From Squalus acanthias (Eukaryota): a stretch of DNA of 64,000 nt. The first letter of the stretch is position 1. Every line of letters begins with the position of its first letter. Location of the stretch: NCBI GenBank assembly GCA_030390025.1, contig CM059432.1:130450001-130514000 (forward strand), written 5' to 3'. A program made the translations under genes and the position numbers. Positions 13,441 through 26,734 of this stretch are shown piece after piece. The notes beneath the pieces are model-generated. The model had not been told where the DNA came from. It did no database searches and worked only from the letters and a program-made list of their open reading frames with translations.

Positions 13441-15754
13441 ATACAAGACAATACAATACATTCCATCCTCATTGCAACATAATGCTCTAGCATTAATTCA
13501 GTTGTTGATTATAACAAGGTACATATCCTGCAGTTTGTAACAGAGAACATATTACAGAAACTGTTCTGAGAAGGAAGAGTACTCTATTATTTATCCGATG
13601 ACATCCGGTTAATTACTGTATTTCAATTGGTTAAATTAACTCCGTACTTCCAAGCACATTTACAGCACAATTACAGACATCCCTGTATGACATAAAAGGT
13701 ATATGGTGACAAGGCACATCAACAGAACCAAATTGGGAAGCTTTCCATGTCTTGTTATTGTATGAAAAAAAAATTCAGTATTTGTAAAGGCGGACTACTA
13801 TTTCCAGTACAGGTAGTGAGCCTGCATAATTACATTATCACTAAATAAAGTGTTAACATCCTTGTTGTTGGTTTGTACAAGTTAAACACACTTGTCCAAG
13901 ATGCCCTGCTCCTCCAGAAGTTATGCGATACTGGTATCTCGCCGAGAATCTCACCATTCAAATACACTGATGTGAAGTTCCTGTTCTTCCCTCATAGATA
14001 CAGACTAAACTTGCCAGAAAAAGTTAGGGCTTGTCCATTCCAGTGCAAGTACCCGTTTAACAGCGTGATAAGTCTTAATTACTGCCAAACAACCTCTCTG
14101 GCACTGAAAATTAACTTGTCCAAGTGTGGAGTCTCATTCTTTCAGATTTTAATTATTATTGGAGATACAAAAAAAGTAAATAAAAATTTTTTTAAAAAAC
14201 TTTTTCTTTGTCTTTTTTTAAATCTCTCTTAATCTAATCTTTCTTTCCCTCTCTTTATTTCACTTTCTGTACCTAATTTGACATTGAATTCACTATTCTA
14301 ACTGACATTTCCTGGTTCAGACTCTGCGCTGCTCAATAACGATTCTTCCGTCTGATTGGTTAAGGAAATATACAGTAGCTTGCCTGTTCACACAGGTCCC
14401 AGATGCCCTGTAGAGACTATGCTTTTGGACAGTTGGCTGACAGGAACTTCCAGTGCAAAACCCCACAGAAAGTCTATGGTCAAGTGCAAGTGTAACGAAC
14501 GGTGCTGCTGACCTATCTATCTGCACTTAATTTTGAAAAGCCCACCTGTAACTACTGTGGAAAGACAGGCTTTGTAGTTCCAATTTTATTACTAAATATA
14601 ACCTCACAGGCCAAAAATAATGATGATATCTACAAACTGTATTTTGTAATAAAATAATCACTTAAAATGTCTGTAAAAAGCAGTCCTATTACACAAAGCT
14701 TCAGAACATAAAAGAAAGCTTCTATGATTACAAATTAAGCTGCAAATCCAACATTAAAGACGCTGCGTGTTACAATGTCCACATGAGGGATTTTTAACAA
14801 AAGCAACTGCCAAGCTGCTTTCTATTAACATTTTTCTTGTTGAATCAGTTTTTGGATTTTGTTTTACAACTGGATTTTCCATCAAGGAAAAAGCTGCAGT
14901 GTTTGCAACTGCATCCTGGGTAATCTAACTCGCTGGAAGCTCTGCCCAATGAAAAACATAACATCCTTTTTCCACCCACCTTCAAGAGCCTCTTCTCTCT
15001 GCCCTCTCACTCAATTTTCCATCCATCTCAACTTGTTATGGGCCATCAGGAGTTAGCCCAACCAAAGACTAAAATGAGACTTTTATTATGAATTTCAACA
15101 AAAAACAAGATCATCTCCTCTGGCACTCTGATGCCGAATAGGAGTGTTCTAGGGCCACCGGGTGTAGGCTGCAGTCTTGTGGAGATTGGCATGAAATTGG
15201 AAAGCAGGGGCTGAAGCACTCAAAGCAGGCCCCAAAGGAATGGAAGGAATGGCGTTGAAACAGTTGGTGTGGGCTTGAGTGTGTGAAGCACAGCTCCAGC
15301 ACTTGGGGAGGGGAGTACGCTGAAAGGGGCAATAGGCTGGGCAGAGTGTGCAAAATGTCCAGGCTGGAGAGTTCATGGAGGTAGAGGGGGGAAAACAGGG
15401 GACTATCATGTTTGCTGTAAACAATGAATTTTTTTCCTCAAAACGATCCAAGTGATAGGTTAGCATGGATCAATAAGCAATGTTACTGAGTCACTTCCAT
15501 ACAATATTACAGGCACATGACAGATAGGATCATTGTGTCAAGTGACTACCAGGATGGTGGGAAGCCAGTTAAATGGACTGCGATCTTTTTTCCTTTAACA
15601 ATTCTTATGTTCCTATATTTACTGAACTGCTATGTATTAGTTTTCATTACGGTATGTAGCTCCCTTAAAAACTATTATGCAATGTTAGGTTTCCATCATG
15701 AGGTTATAAACTGCAAACAATGATACAGATGTTTTAAATAACAAAAGCACTTAC

Positions 15755-15908
15755 CTTGCTTTTTCATCTCCTTCAGCTGACCTTTAAAGTGTATATATTT
15801 ATCATTTTTGAGTAGATCCTCATCTTTGTTCAGATTTTTCAGTTCATTAAACCTTTTATCTACTAATGCTTTCAAATCAGGCATTCGTTCTGGTCGCTCT
15901 TGCTTTAT
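15755..15908 (-). CDS. NSMCE2: NSMCE2 internal coding exon (154 bp): IKQERPERMPDLKALVDKRFNELKNLNKDEDLLKNDKYIHFKGQLKEMKKQ
   Basis: Minus strand reads tctcttctag|ATA AAG...AAG CAA G|gtaagt. It resembles human NSE2 'VKEERPEKIPDLKLLVEKKF...NNEKFVQFKQQLKELKKQ' (recalled). Phase 0 start joins the 107-bp exon in frame. Confidence 0.95.
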
Positions 15909-16410
15909 CTAGAAGAGAGATTTATTCAATAATAATGAGCATGATAGGTTTTTATATGCAGTCATATGAACTCAATCTCTTTTAATCATCATCTGCATAT
16001 AAATTAGCACTCAAACATCTAACTGTAGGCCAGTACTCTGGCACTGTTCTATATACTGAGCCCCTCAATATATCAAAGCTAAATTTTCTTGGGTCTACCA
16101 TCTATGTGACCATCAAGTGATGAGTCAATTTTCTTGCTCATCAGTCAATTGCTTAGTTTTTCTCCATCTATTTGGCAAGATCATTGATTTGTGGACCTCA
16201 CAGAAAACGGATGCGGTTATGAAATCCAATCCACAAAACACTGGTAAAAATTCTCCCAATTCCATGCAATAAAAACAGAATTTAACTTGCAGAATACAAT
16301 TCCCGAAACCCCCTACAAATCTTAAATCCTGTGTCGTAAAAATAGAATTTAAATTATTCAGTTACCGTAAAACTGTGGACTTCTTGACTGGCTATTTTCT
16401 ACTTTCGTCA

Positions 16411-16880
16411 GTGTCAGCTGTGGCTCAGTGGGTAGCACACTCGCCTCTGAGTCAGAAGGTTGTGGGTTCAAGTCCCATTCCAGGGACTTGAGCACATAAA
16501 GCTAGGCTGACACTCCAGTGCAGTACTGAGGGAGTGCTGCACTGTCGGAGGTGCCGTCTTTCGGATGAGGCGTTAAACTGAGTCTGCTCTCTCAGGTGGA
16601 TGGAAAAGATCCCATGGCACTATTTCGAAGAAGAGCAGGGGAGTTATCCCCGGTGCCCTGGCCAATATTGATCCCTCACTCAACATAACAAAAACAGATT
16701 ATCTGGTCATTATCACATTGCTGTTTGTGGGAGCTTGCTGTGTGCAAATTGGCTGCCGTGTTTCCCACATTACAACAGTGACTACACTCCAAAAAAGTAC
16801 TTAATTGGCTGTAAAGCGCTTTGAGGTGTCCGGTGGTCGTGAAAGGCGCTATATAAATGCAAGTCTTTCTTTTCTTTCTT
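16411..16880 (+). mobile_element. SacSINE1-like Deu-SINE, full length
   Basis: tRNA head (TGGCTCAGTGG, GGTTCAAGTCC), Deu-domain 'aaagatcccatggcactatttcgaagaagagcagggg', and L2-type tail 'aggcgctatataaatgcaagtcttt'. Confidence 0.85.
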
Positions 16881-17135
16881 CATACTTTAGCTATTCATTA
16901 ATCTCTAAGCAAAATCCTTCTCCCCAAATTCAATATGTTACAAATATCTCCACCCAGTTCACTATATACACCACTAAAATTAAAATTTAGAACATGATAA
17001 ACACAGAAAAAGTAAAAATTCTGGAACAAAAACACAAACATACCCATAAATATACCCAACCTATCGTCCAACAGCTCCCCCAAACAAATCTGGCTAGACC
17101 TCATTAATCTCTCCAATGCTTTGTGAACTTCTCAG

Positions 17136-18055
17136 AGGGAGGAGAGAGAATGGAGGGGGGTAAAGACAGAGATCGGAGAGGGGAGAGATGGAGAGAGAGA
17201 GAGAGAACAAACGGAGGGGGGGAGGGAGGAACGGGGAACGAGGAACGGGGAACGAGGAACGGGGAGGGGGGACGGGGAGGGGGGAATGGGGAACGAGGAG
17301 GGAGGGGGAGGGGGGAACGAGGAGGGAGGGGGAGGGGGGAACGAGGAGGGAGGGGGAGGGGGGAACGAGGAGGGAGGGGGAGGGGGGAACGAGGAGGGAG
17401 GGGGAGGGGGGACGAGGAGGGAGGGGGAGGGGGGACGAGGAGGGAGGGGGAGGGGGACGAGGAGGGAGGGGGAGGGGGACGAGGAGGGAGGGGGAGGGGG
17501 GAACGAGGAGGGAGGGGGAGGGGGGAACGAGGAGGGAGGGGGAGGGGGGAACGAGGAGGGAGGGGGAGGGGGAACGAGGAGGGAGGGGGAGGGGGAACGA
17601 GGAGGGAGGGGGAGGGGGAACGAGGAGGGAGGGGGAGGGGGAACGAGGAGGGAGGGGGAGGGGGAACGAGGAGGGAGGGGGAGGGGGAACGAGGAGGGAG
17701 GGGGGAGACGGGGAACGAGGAGGGAGGGGGGAGACGGGGAACGAGGGGGAGGGGGGAGACGAAGAGGGAGGGGGAGGGGGGAGACGAGGAGGGAGGGGGA
17801 GGGGGAGGGGGAGACGAGGAGGGAGGGGGAGGGGGAGACGAGGAGGGAGGGGGAGGGGGAGACGAGGAGGGAGGGGGAGGGGGAGACGAGGAGGGAGGGG
17901 GAGGGGGAGACGAGGAGGGAGGGGGAGACGAGGAGGGAGGGGGAGGGGGAGACGAGGAGGGAGGGGGAGGGGGGAGACGAGGAGGGAGGGGGAGGAGGGG
18001 GAACGAGGAGGGAGCGGGAGGGGGGGGGGGAACGAGGAGGGAGGGGGAGGGGGAA
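17136..18055. repeat. Polypurine minisatellite, unit about 21-24 bp (GGGGAACGAGGAGGGAGGGGGA)
   Basis: About 900 bp of almost only G/A on the + strand, with one CG per unit. Confidence 0.95.
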
Positions 18056-19860
18056 TAAAAACAGTAAATGCTGGAAATTTACATAAGTTCTGTCAGAATC
18101 TGTAAAGAGCAAAGACAGGTTAATGGTTCAGATACAAGAGCCTTCCTCAGAACTTAAACTGAAAAGATAATTAAACCCACTTGTAGGGGCGGATGAGCAA
18201 ACAGGGAACGAGAAAGGGGTGATGGTGGGAGGGGGTTAGATACTCAAGAGGAAGTTAATGGTTGAGTGACCTGCAAACTGCTCAATAGAACAGCAGGATC
18301 CTTTTAGATGGTATGAAATATCATCTTAGTGAGACAGTGAAAACATCAGCGAATTGAAAGAACATGTAATTAGAAGCATGGGAAAGCCCAGACAAGATAA
18401 AAGGCCAGAGGATAAGGATGATGGAATATGGGGGGGGGAGAAACAATGCAGGAGATCCAACAAGAAAATGGGAATACACGCTTTTTTGGGGACAATCCAA
18501 GTAAGCAATTATTTATCAACCTTCAGCAGTAATACAGAATGTTCTAGATGGGTATCTTGCACTGCGCTGCTCTCCCCTCCACCGCCCACCGAACTCCCCG
18601 CCCCAGCAATTTGGAGCACCATCTTCTCTGATGTAGTAAATTGACCAGTAAATTAGTAAATTGATCACCTGACAAAGACTATTAATTACATTGATAGATG
18701 CACAGTGCACTGCTTTGGGTAACTGGAAAAAAGTATTTGTGGGCAGTACTCAGACTGCTCCAAAAATGGTGCCAATTTAAGCTCACTTTTGTCAGGGTTC
18801 ACCCAAACCCTGGTGAGCACTAAAAGGCATTCTGGGACTGGCATCTGGTTACACTGCCTGGGTAAGCATCAAAATATGGACAACTAGAATATATGCTGAA
18901 GTAATCTTCTAGAGTCTTTGTCGTCTTTGCTGCATTTTCTCTCTCCTTCCGATCTTCTTTCTCTCAGATTTTCCCTCCCTCACAATGCACCTCCCCACTC
19001 ACAGCCTATCCAAGATCACTCCCCAAACTGCCTCTCCCTTCACTACCTAACCAACGCTAATCCCCATACCTCTCTTGCTTGCTGTCCTGCTCTAAGGCCA
19101 CCTCTCTCTCACTCCTTAGTCTGTTCCTAGATTTACACAAGCTCCACTCTTCCTCCTTTTAACTGGTAAAATGGGAGACTCTCTAACTCTTTCTTTACCA
19201 GCAAAGTGCCTGCCCACAATGCAGAGCACTTGTACTATACATTTGCATGGTCCTTCCTGAAGACTTTCACTTGCGCATTGAACTGTGGGTACTTCATCGA
19301 CCCTAACTATTTAATCCTACAGGTAACTGAATTGCTCTCTGTCCCAGGACGGATGTAGATTTACATCTGCAAATGGGAACAAGCGGACAATAATTATAAA
19401 AACACTAAGGCCTAGAAATTCGCGTACTTACCGCTCTCCGTTAAGGCCCGTTTCTAGAAAAAAATGGCGGCCGCCACACTTCCGTGCGGGACTCAACAAC
19501 CGCCATTTTGGTGAGGACCATAGTGATGCCATTAGCAGCACAGGCCCTGGAAATGCAAATCAGCAGAGCGTGGCATCACGCCGACTTGACGACACGTCTG
19601 CAAACTTCAACCTTTTCGCTGCTGGGCCCTAAGCATGCGCAGAAAAATGTGCGTGCAACAGATCTACAGAGACGCAGTCAGTGTTTCTTAAAGGGACACA
19701 CACATCTTTCAGCTAAGTTTGGATTTAAGCTTTTGGACTGGATTTTTTATATTTTATTTAAGTAGCAGCTTGGTGAAATAGATGTTAAAAGTTTTTAAAG
19801 TATGCAGGGAGTGCTGCTGGACACTTGCAAGGCCTCGGATGGTAAAGGAAGGCCTCTGAA

Positions 19861-20003
19861 GACAGAAAATGCTGGAAATACTCAGCAGGTCAGGCAGCAT
19901 CCATGGAGAGAGAAACAGAGTTCATGTCTCAGATCGAGCTGCTGCCTGACCTGCTGAGTATTTCCAGCATTTTCTGCTTTTATTTCAGATTTTCAGCATC
20001 CGC
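19861..20003. mobile_element. Fold-back (Penelope-like pLTR-derived) element, family A, core deleted
   Basis: 37-bp perfect arms at 19863-19899 and 19940-19976. Same sequence as the 26546-26734 element. Confidence 0.8.
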
Positions 20004-20419
20004 TCACAGAGGGAAGAGGAGGAAGCAGAAGAGGAGGAAGTGGAAGGAAGGATTCAACCCAGACAGCCCTTTTCTGGCCGGGATATCCGGGATGGAATCA
20101 TCCAACTGCGATGCCAGTGACCGCAACCCCAATTCCCCTTTCAACATTTGTTTCACACCTTACTTTCCCATGTTACTGACCATCACAGCGTCCTCTTGGC
20201 CATAATGCTGAAATAAAAGCCACCACAAAGCAAACTTTCCAATCCAACTTTATACATTTATCCATCCAATATGACATCAAGAAATCAACTAATCACACTT
20301 GCGCATTTCCTTAGTGACTGTCTTGTGTGTGCCTTTGCCTATCCTACTGATGTCACGCGGTGCTGCCCCATTGGCTGCAGAATGGCTGGTGGAAGGCTGC
20401 TGACTTTCAATGGGGGACA

Positions 20420-21123
20420 CTGCAGATGACCTTGCTGGTCAATCTAGAGGAGTTGGTGGCTGGGAGTGTGAAATCGAGTGATGGTGTTTCTTCTTTTTCA
20501 TTCTCCTCTCCCTCTTCTTGGTCAACCACTGGCTGGGCTGGCTGCATTTCTTGGGTGTGTGAAATGAGGAAGGCACAAGGGTAGAGTTGTGGTGAGGGGA
20601 GGGCGGGAAAACAAGAGGTGCATGAGATAAGGAGGATAACATATGAGGATACCAGTATCTTGTATCCTTTCAGCCCCGCCGCTGGCCAAGGGTTCAGCCA
20701 TGCCCCCGACAAGAATGGCCTGCACCGTCTCCTCCAAGGGGGTGAGGTGAAGCTCGGAATGGGAGGTGTACCTTGTGTTTGGTACAGATTGTTGGTAGGT
20801 GAGTGATTGGGGGGGGCAAAAGTTGTGCATTGAGCAGCGTGCGAGGCTAGCGATGCAGTTGGTAGGAAACAGCTTTTGAAGATGCATTCACTGACCTTGA
20901 CTACTTGTCTGAGGTCATGAAGCTTCTTTGGGCACTGGAGCCAAGTCATTGGGCAACACTGCTGGCAGTGACTGCCTCGGTGATATGGACCCACATCGTT
21001 CTTTCTGGAGGGCTTCCTGGCCCCTGTGGGTAGAGAACATCTTTTGCAGTCTTGACTCCCTGCACAAAACTGGAGTGCTGCGTGCGAGACCCTGGATGCC
21101 CCTTCCCTGGCTTGTTGAGCCAT
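20420..21123 (-). pseudogene. Frameshifted Harbinger Myb/SANT-like DNA-binding gene remnant (spliced)
   Basis: Joining frames gives MAQQAREGASRVSHAALQ.VQGVKTAKDVLYPQG.ARKPSRK.TMWVHITEAVTASSVA.MTWLQCPKKLHDLRQVVK|gtcagt, with the W..I...V and T..QC.KK..DL pattern. Acidic exon pieces follow. Confidence 0.72.
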
Positions 21124-21747
21124 TTATGTTAGTGCTGAAGCACTTTGACCTTTTTTTTTGGCGCGGAAGGCAATTCATCTTTAAGAGCTGAAGACTGCCA
21201 CTTGGGAATTATTTGTAATGTTTATTTTTTTTTCAGAAGGCAGTTGAGCTCCAAGGGCTAAAAGCTGCCTATTTTTCAATGATTTTAATTTTTTTCATTT
21301 TAGAAGGCAGTTCCCCTTTAAGGGACCGACAGTGCTTTCTAAAATGACAGCCTTGCTTAAGACAATACTGTTCTTGCTTCAGGGACGCTACAGCCACGCT
21401 ACATTGGGCCTCCTGCTGAGAGTAGTGCCTAAAAAGAGGGTAGCACAGTAAGTTTAGCGCTGCGCTAATTTAAGTTAGCAGGCAGCACATAAATACTGGA
21501 GCTGCCTGTGCTATGAATTCAGGCGGCCATTTACTTCAGCAGTGGTGGCACCGGCAGGTTTCTGGCATACTGCAATTTCTAGGCAGATGTGTGAAACGTG
21601 GATTGCTGTCATGCATATCACTTGTCAGCAACCCATTAGGGAAGTTTCCTGTTGGGTCTCGCACCCAGAATAATTCCAAACAATACTTCTAGATTTTTTA
21701 TTTTAACAGTATCCAGAATTGGGAAAGCTATTATACCCCACACTGAG

Positions 21748-24700
21748 GGCTGAATTGTAATGGGGAAGCTGGGTTAGGATCGGGGGATTTAACAGCAAGG
21801 CCTGATTTGCAGGGGAAGCCGGTTTCCCAACCACAGCCAGCCAGCTTGAGAGGCTGGCTGTTTCCAGGTGGGCAGGCCTGCAGCACTAGGCCACAGAGAG
21901 GAGGAAGGGAGAGATCGCGTGGGGGCCAGCCCGGGGGGGGGCCTCGTGGGGGAATCTGTGAGCTGGGGGGAGGGGAGAAATCGGAGACCTGGGGGGAGGG
22001 GGAATTGGAGGCCTGGGGGGGGGGGAGGGGGAATTGGAGGCCTGGGGGGGGGGGGGGGGGGGCGGGGGGATCTCCAATCACGGGGGGTGGGTTAGGCAAG
22101 GACCCTAGATTCAAGAGGTAAGTGTAAAGGCATTTACTTCCTGGATCCAGCAGTCCTCGCCTTGCATTAGAATCATACAATCATAGAATGGTTACAGCAT
22201 GGAAGGCGGCCATTCGGTCCATTGAGCCCGTGCCGACTCTCAGCTAGTCCCACTCCCCCGCCTTTTCCCCGTAGCCCTGCAAATTTTTTTCCTTCAGATA
22301 CTTATCCAACTCCCTTTTGAGAGATAAGATTGAGTCTGCCTCCACCACCCTTTCAGGCAGTGCATTCCAGACCTTAACCACTCGCTGCGTAAAAAAGTTT
22401 TTTCTTACGTCACCTTTGGTTCTTTTGCCAATTACCTGAAATCTGTGTCCTCTGGTTCTCGACCCTTCTGCCAATTGGAACAGTTTCTCTCTATCTACTC
22501 TGTCCAGACCCCTCATAATTTTGAACACCTCTATCAAATCTCCTCTCAATCTTCTCTGCTCCAAGGAGAACAACCCCAGCTTCTCCAGTCTATCAACGTA
22601 ACTGAAGTCCCTCATTCCTGGAATCATTCTCGTAAATCTTTTCTGCACCCTCTCCGAGACCTTCACATCCTTCCTAAAGTGTGGTGCCCAGAATTGTTTT
22701 ATACAGGTTCATCATAATTTCCACACTTTTGTACTCCATACCTCTATTTATGAAGCCCAGGATCCCGTAAGCCTTTTTAACTGATTTCTCAACCTGCCCT
22801 GCCACATTCAACAATTTGTGCACACATACCCCTTGGTCTCTCTGCTCGTGCACCCGCTTTAGGATTGTACCATTTAGTTTATATGTCCTCTCCTCATTCT
22901 TTCCACCAAAATGTATCACTTCGCACTTTTCTGCATTAAATTTCATCTGCCATGTGTCCGCCCATTTCACCAGCCTGTCTATGTCTTCCTGAAGTCTATC
23001 ACTCTCCTCCTCACTGATCACTATACTTCCAAGTTTTGAGTCATTTGCAAATTTTTAAATTGTGCCCTGCACACCCACATCCAAGTCATTAATATATATC
23101 AAGAAAAGCAGTGGTCCAAGTACCGAATCCTGGGGAACACCACTGTATACCTTCTTCCAGTCCGATAACGACCGTTCACCACTACTCTCTGTTTCCTGTC
23201 ACTTAGCCAATTTCGTATCCATGCTGCCACTGTCCCTTTTATTCTATAGGCTTCAACTTTGCTGGCAAGCCTATTATGTGGCACTTTGTCGAACACCTTT
23301 TGGAAATCCATGTACACCACATCAACCGCATTGCCCTCATCAACCCTCTCTGTTACCTCATCAAAAAACTCAATCAAGTTGGTTAAACACAATTTGCCTT
23401 TAACAAATCCATGCTGGCTTTCCTTAATTAATCCACACCTATCCCAAGTGACTGTTAATTTTGTCCCTGATTACTGTTTCTAAAAGCTTCCCCACTACCG
23501 AGGTTAAACTGACTGGCCTGTAGTTGCTGGGTTTATCTTTACACCCTTTTTTGAACAATGGTGTAACATTTGCAATTCTCCAGTCCTCTCGCACCACCCC
23601 CATATCTACGGAGGATTGGAATATTATGGCCAGTACCTCCGCGATTTCCGTCCTCAATTCCCTCAGCATCCGAGGATGCATCCCATCCACTCCTGGTGAT
23701 TTAGCTACTTTAAGTACAGCCAGCCTTTCTCATAATTCTTCTATATCAATTTTTATCCTATCAAGTGTCTCCACTACCTCCTCCTTCACTATGTCTACGG
23801 CAGCATCCTCTTCCTTGGTGAAGACAGATGCAAAGTACTCGTTTAGTACCTCGGCCATACCCTCGGTCTCTATGCATAGGTCTCCTTTTTGGTCCCTAAT
23901 CAGCTCTGCCCCTCCTCTTACTACCCTTTTGCTATTTATATGCCTGCAGAAGACTTTTGGATTACCTTTTATGTTAGCAGCCATTCTATTCTCATACCCT
24001 CTCTTTGCCCTTCTTATTTTCTTTTTCACTTCTCCGCTGACCTTTCTATATATAGCCTGATTCTCAGATGTATTTGCAACCTGACATCTGCCATATGTGC
24101 TCTTTTTCTGCTTCATCATATTCTCTATCTGTTTCGTCATCCAGGGAGCCCTGACTTTAGTTGCCCTGCCTGCCCTCCTAGTGGTAATGTACCTGAACTA
24201 TTTTCTCTTTAAAGGCAACCCATTGTTCGATTACAGTTTTGCCTGCCAATCTTTGATTCCAGTTTACCCGGGCCAGATCCGTTCTCATCCCACTGAAATT
24301 GGCTTTCCCCCAGTTAAAAATTTTTACTCTAAATTTCTCCATGTCCTTTTCCACAGCTAATCTAAACCTTATGATACTATGATCACTGTTCCAGACATGT
24401 TCACCTACTGACACTTGCTCCACTTGACCTACCTCATTCCCCAGAACCAGATCCAGCAATGCCGCCTCCCTCGTCGGGCCGGAAACATACTGATCAAGAA
24501 AGTTCTCCTGAACACACTTCAGAAATTCTTCCCATTCTCTGCCCTTTACACTATTACGATCCCAGTCTATATTAAGATAATTGAAGTCCCTCACTATCAC
24601 TACTCTATAGTTCTTGCACCTCTCTGTAATTTCTCTGCAAATTTGCTCCTCTATATCTTTCCCACTATTTGGTGATCTATAGAATACACCTAGTAGTGTA

Positions 24701-25043
24701 ATGGCACCTCTATTATTTCTTAACTCTAGCCATATAGATTCTGTCCTTGACCCTTCCAGGACATCCTCCCTCTCCTGCACTAACAGTCTTAGCTGGCGGA
24801 TTTCACAAGGCCTGCGAAAACCAACCAGCTGAAGTTAAATTCAAAATGGAGTTTAAAGCAGAAGCACGGCGGCCTCATTATAATATTTAAATAGGCGACT
24901 CGCCTCCTGGGAGCGGGTTGGCTGCCCACCCCCGTCCTGCCTCTGTTGAAACCGGAAGTGGGCGGGTTGGAGGTGGGTTGGGGTTAACGCTTTAACTTGC
25001 CACATGCCCCCAACCCACTCGTTTTTTTAAGTTAAAATTCCCT
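21748..25043. mobile_element. G-rich MITE-like element split by a CR1 insertion
   Basis: Left end gggctgaattgtaa and right end gttaaaattccc form an imperfect TIR. The GC-rich halves 21748-22170 and 24782-25043 flank the CR1. Confidence 0.55.
22171..24781 (-). mobile_element. CR1 LINE, 5'-truncated in the APE domain, frameshifted
   Basis: Minus-strand ORFs: APE-like (GVFYRSP, LDLVLG, SDH) at 24178-24780, RT (YMDFQKVFDKVPH) and C-terminus. The tail reads agaatcatacaatcatagaat on +. Confidence 0.95.
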
Positions 25044-26545
25044 TCCGAATGTGTCTTATTTATAGAGACAAACTACACCAATGGATCAGCTCTCTTCCAG
25101 ATCACAGACACAACATGGCACATCTCTAATGTGCAGCCAGCAAATGATAAATTAATTCATCCTAATAGATAAACACATTTTAAAAATATCTTCTCAAACC
25201 ATATGGAGGAAGTACTCTGTCTTGAAGGTAAGCCTGCCTGAAATTATTCTTTAAGTTAACATTCATTCTTGCAACTACATGTAGACATATAGCTCATGTT
25301 GTTCATGAACATCAAATATGGGCAAACTGCTAACAGCCACATTTTTACTAAGTACCAACTCTTTAAACTAATGCACTCAGTGCTGATGTACTATAACTAT
25401 TCCCATTATGGGCAGCTTAAACTTAGTTTCTAAATAAGATTTTTGGCTTCAAGGCTTCATGTGCATGCCGGGCTGAAGTGTTGAAGCTTCAAAACCTATA
25501 TTTAGATCTTCTGTGGTATGGTTTGGGAATGCAGCTAAAATCTGTAGGGATTACAGATCAACAGAATTAGGGTTTCAAAACACAATGTTTTAGATCAAGC
25601 CAGCCTAGGAAAAACCTCTAAAGCTTTGCTGCAGTCCAGTTATAAACATCTCTGTGTTGAATCTGACCACCAACACAGGCAGCAGAAGGATGCAAGTGCC
25701 TATTATCCTTGCAACAGTCACACAACGGTACACTATATAGCACCGATCAGAAAAGTGAACTGACTCTTGCTGATTTATCTACTGTAACACAAGTTCACAA
25801 AATCTCAGTAAATATCTATTTTACACATTCAATTTGGTATGGGAGCTCACATTCTATTGGAAACTCATTATAAATACCTGAAGTACTTGTCACTCCAGGA
25901 GGTGGTGCTGTGCTAGGCCTTTTCAATATTAAAGGTTGTCACACAATAGCTGGTATTCTATAATGAGAATATACCCAGTGATTGCAGTCTAGTTACCAGG
26001 TTTCCACACTCAAAATACCTTCTGAATTTTTTTTTTTAAATCCAGCATTCTTTTGCCCAGTCAATGAAAGTTCTAATGTCCAAAGGATTTCAACATAATT
26101 TAAAAATTCAAAAAATTACAACCATTGCAGAGCAGTAATCAACAAAATGTTGACCTACATAGCCAAAGCAATAGAATACCAGACAGAATAAATCAAGAGC
26201 ACACTGTATCGTGCTCTGCTCAGACTAAACCTAGAGTACTGCATTTGGTTCTGGTTGCCAAGACACAAGGGAAACATTCAAGCACTGGAGGCAGTGCAGA
26301 GAAGAGCCACAAGGCTGATCCTTAATATCAAAGATATGAGTTATGAGGAAACAGTTGAGAAATGTGGGCTTTTCAGCGTGGAAAGGAGGTGTCTGAGAGG
26401 TGATCTTAAAGCCATTTATAAGATAGTTAAGGGAATGGAAATGGTAAACCCAGAATATTACTTTGGTAAACAGAGAGAGTAAGACAAGAGGGCATAGATT
26501 CGAACTCTCTTCTTCTCTTCTGTTCACATCCAGCAGATTGTGCTC

Positions 26546-26734
26546 TGATACAAAAGCAAAATACTGCGGATGCTGGAAATCTGAAATAAAAACAGAAAAT
26601 GCTGGAAATACTCAGCAGGTCAGGCAGCATCTGTAGAGAGAGAAACAGAGTTAACGTTTCAGGTTCTGACGAAGGGTCATCGACCTGAAACGTTAACTCT
26701 GTGTCTCTCTCTACAGATGCTGCCTGACCTGCTG
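26546..26734. mobile_element. Fold-back Penelope-like pLTR-derived element (family A) with 11-bp TSD
   Basis: Arms 26611-26664 and 26683-26736 (one mismatch). Direct repeat AGATTGTGCTC at 26535-26545 and 26735-26745. Confidence 0.82.
26666..26694 (+). ncRNA. Minimal hammerhead ribozyme motif
   Basis: CTGACGA-A-GGGTC-atc-GACCT-GAAA-CGTT: catalytic core, stem II, and palindromic ACGT stem III. Stem I is not evident. Confidence 0.6.

Larger units (their letters stand above)
19409..21585. mobile_element. Internally deleted PIF/Harbinger transposon with remnants of both genes
   Basis: TIR GCCTAGAAATT (19410-19420) / AATTTCTAGGC (21574-21584), preceded by TAA. The + strand has a transposase-like C-terminus 'EEEEAEEEEVEGR..GRDIRDGIIQLRCQ*' (stop 20118-20120). 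The - strand has a Myb/SANT-like remnant. Confidence 0.8.

Noticed and set aside
15696..15754. C-terminal extension 'GKCFCYLKHL...' of the ORF-track NSE2-like ORF
   Set aside because: It lies beyond the GTAAGT donor and is intronic read-through.
1..15754. Downstream SP-RING exons of NSMCE2
   Set aside because: No CPIT/CGH-type exon was found, so this is treated as part of a long intron.
17123..18112. Long G/E/R- and P/S-rich ORFs (266-326 aa)
   Set aside because: Artefacts of a stop-free purine minisatellite, open in several frames on both strands.
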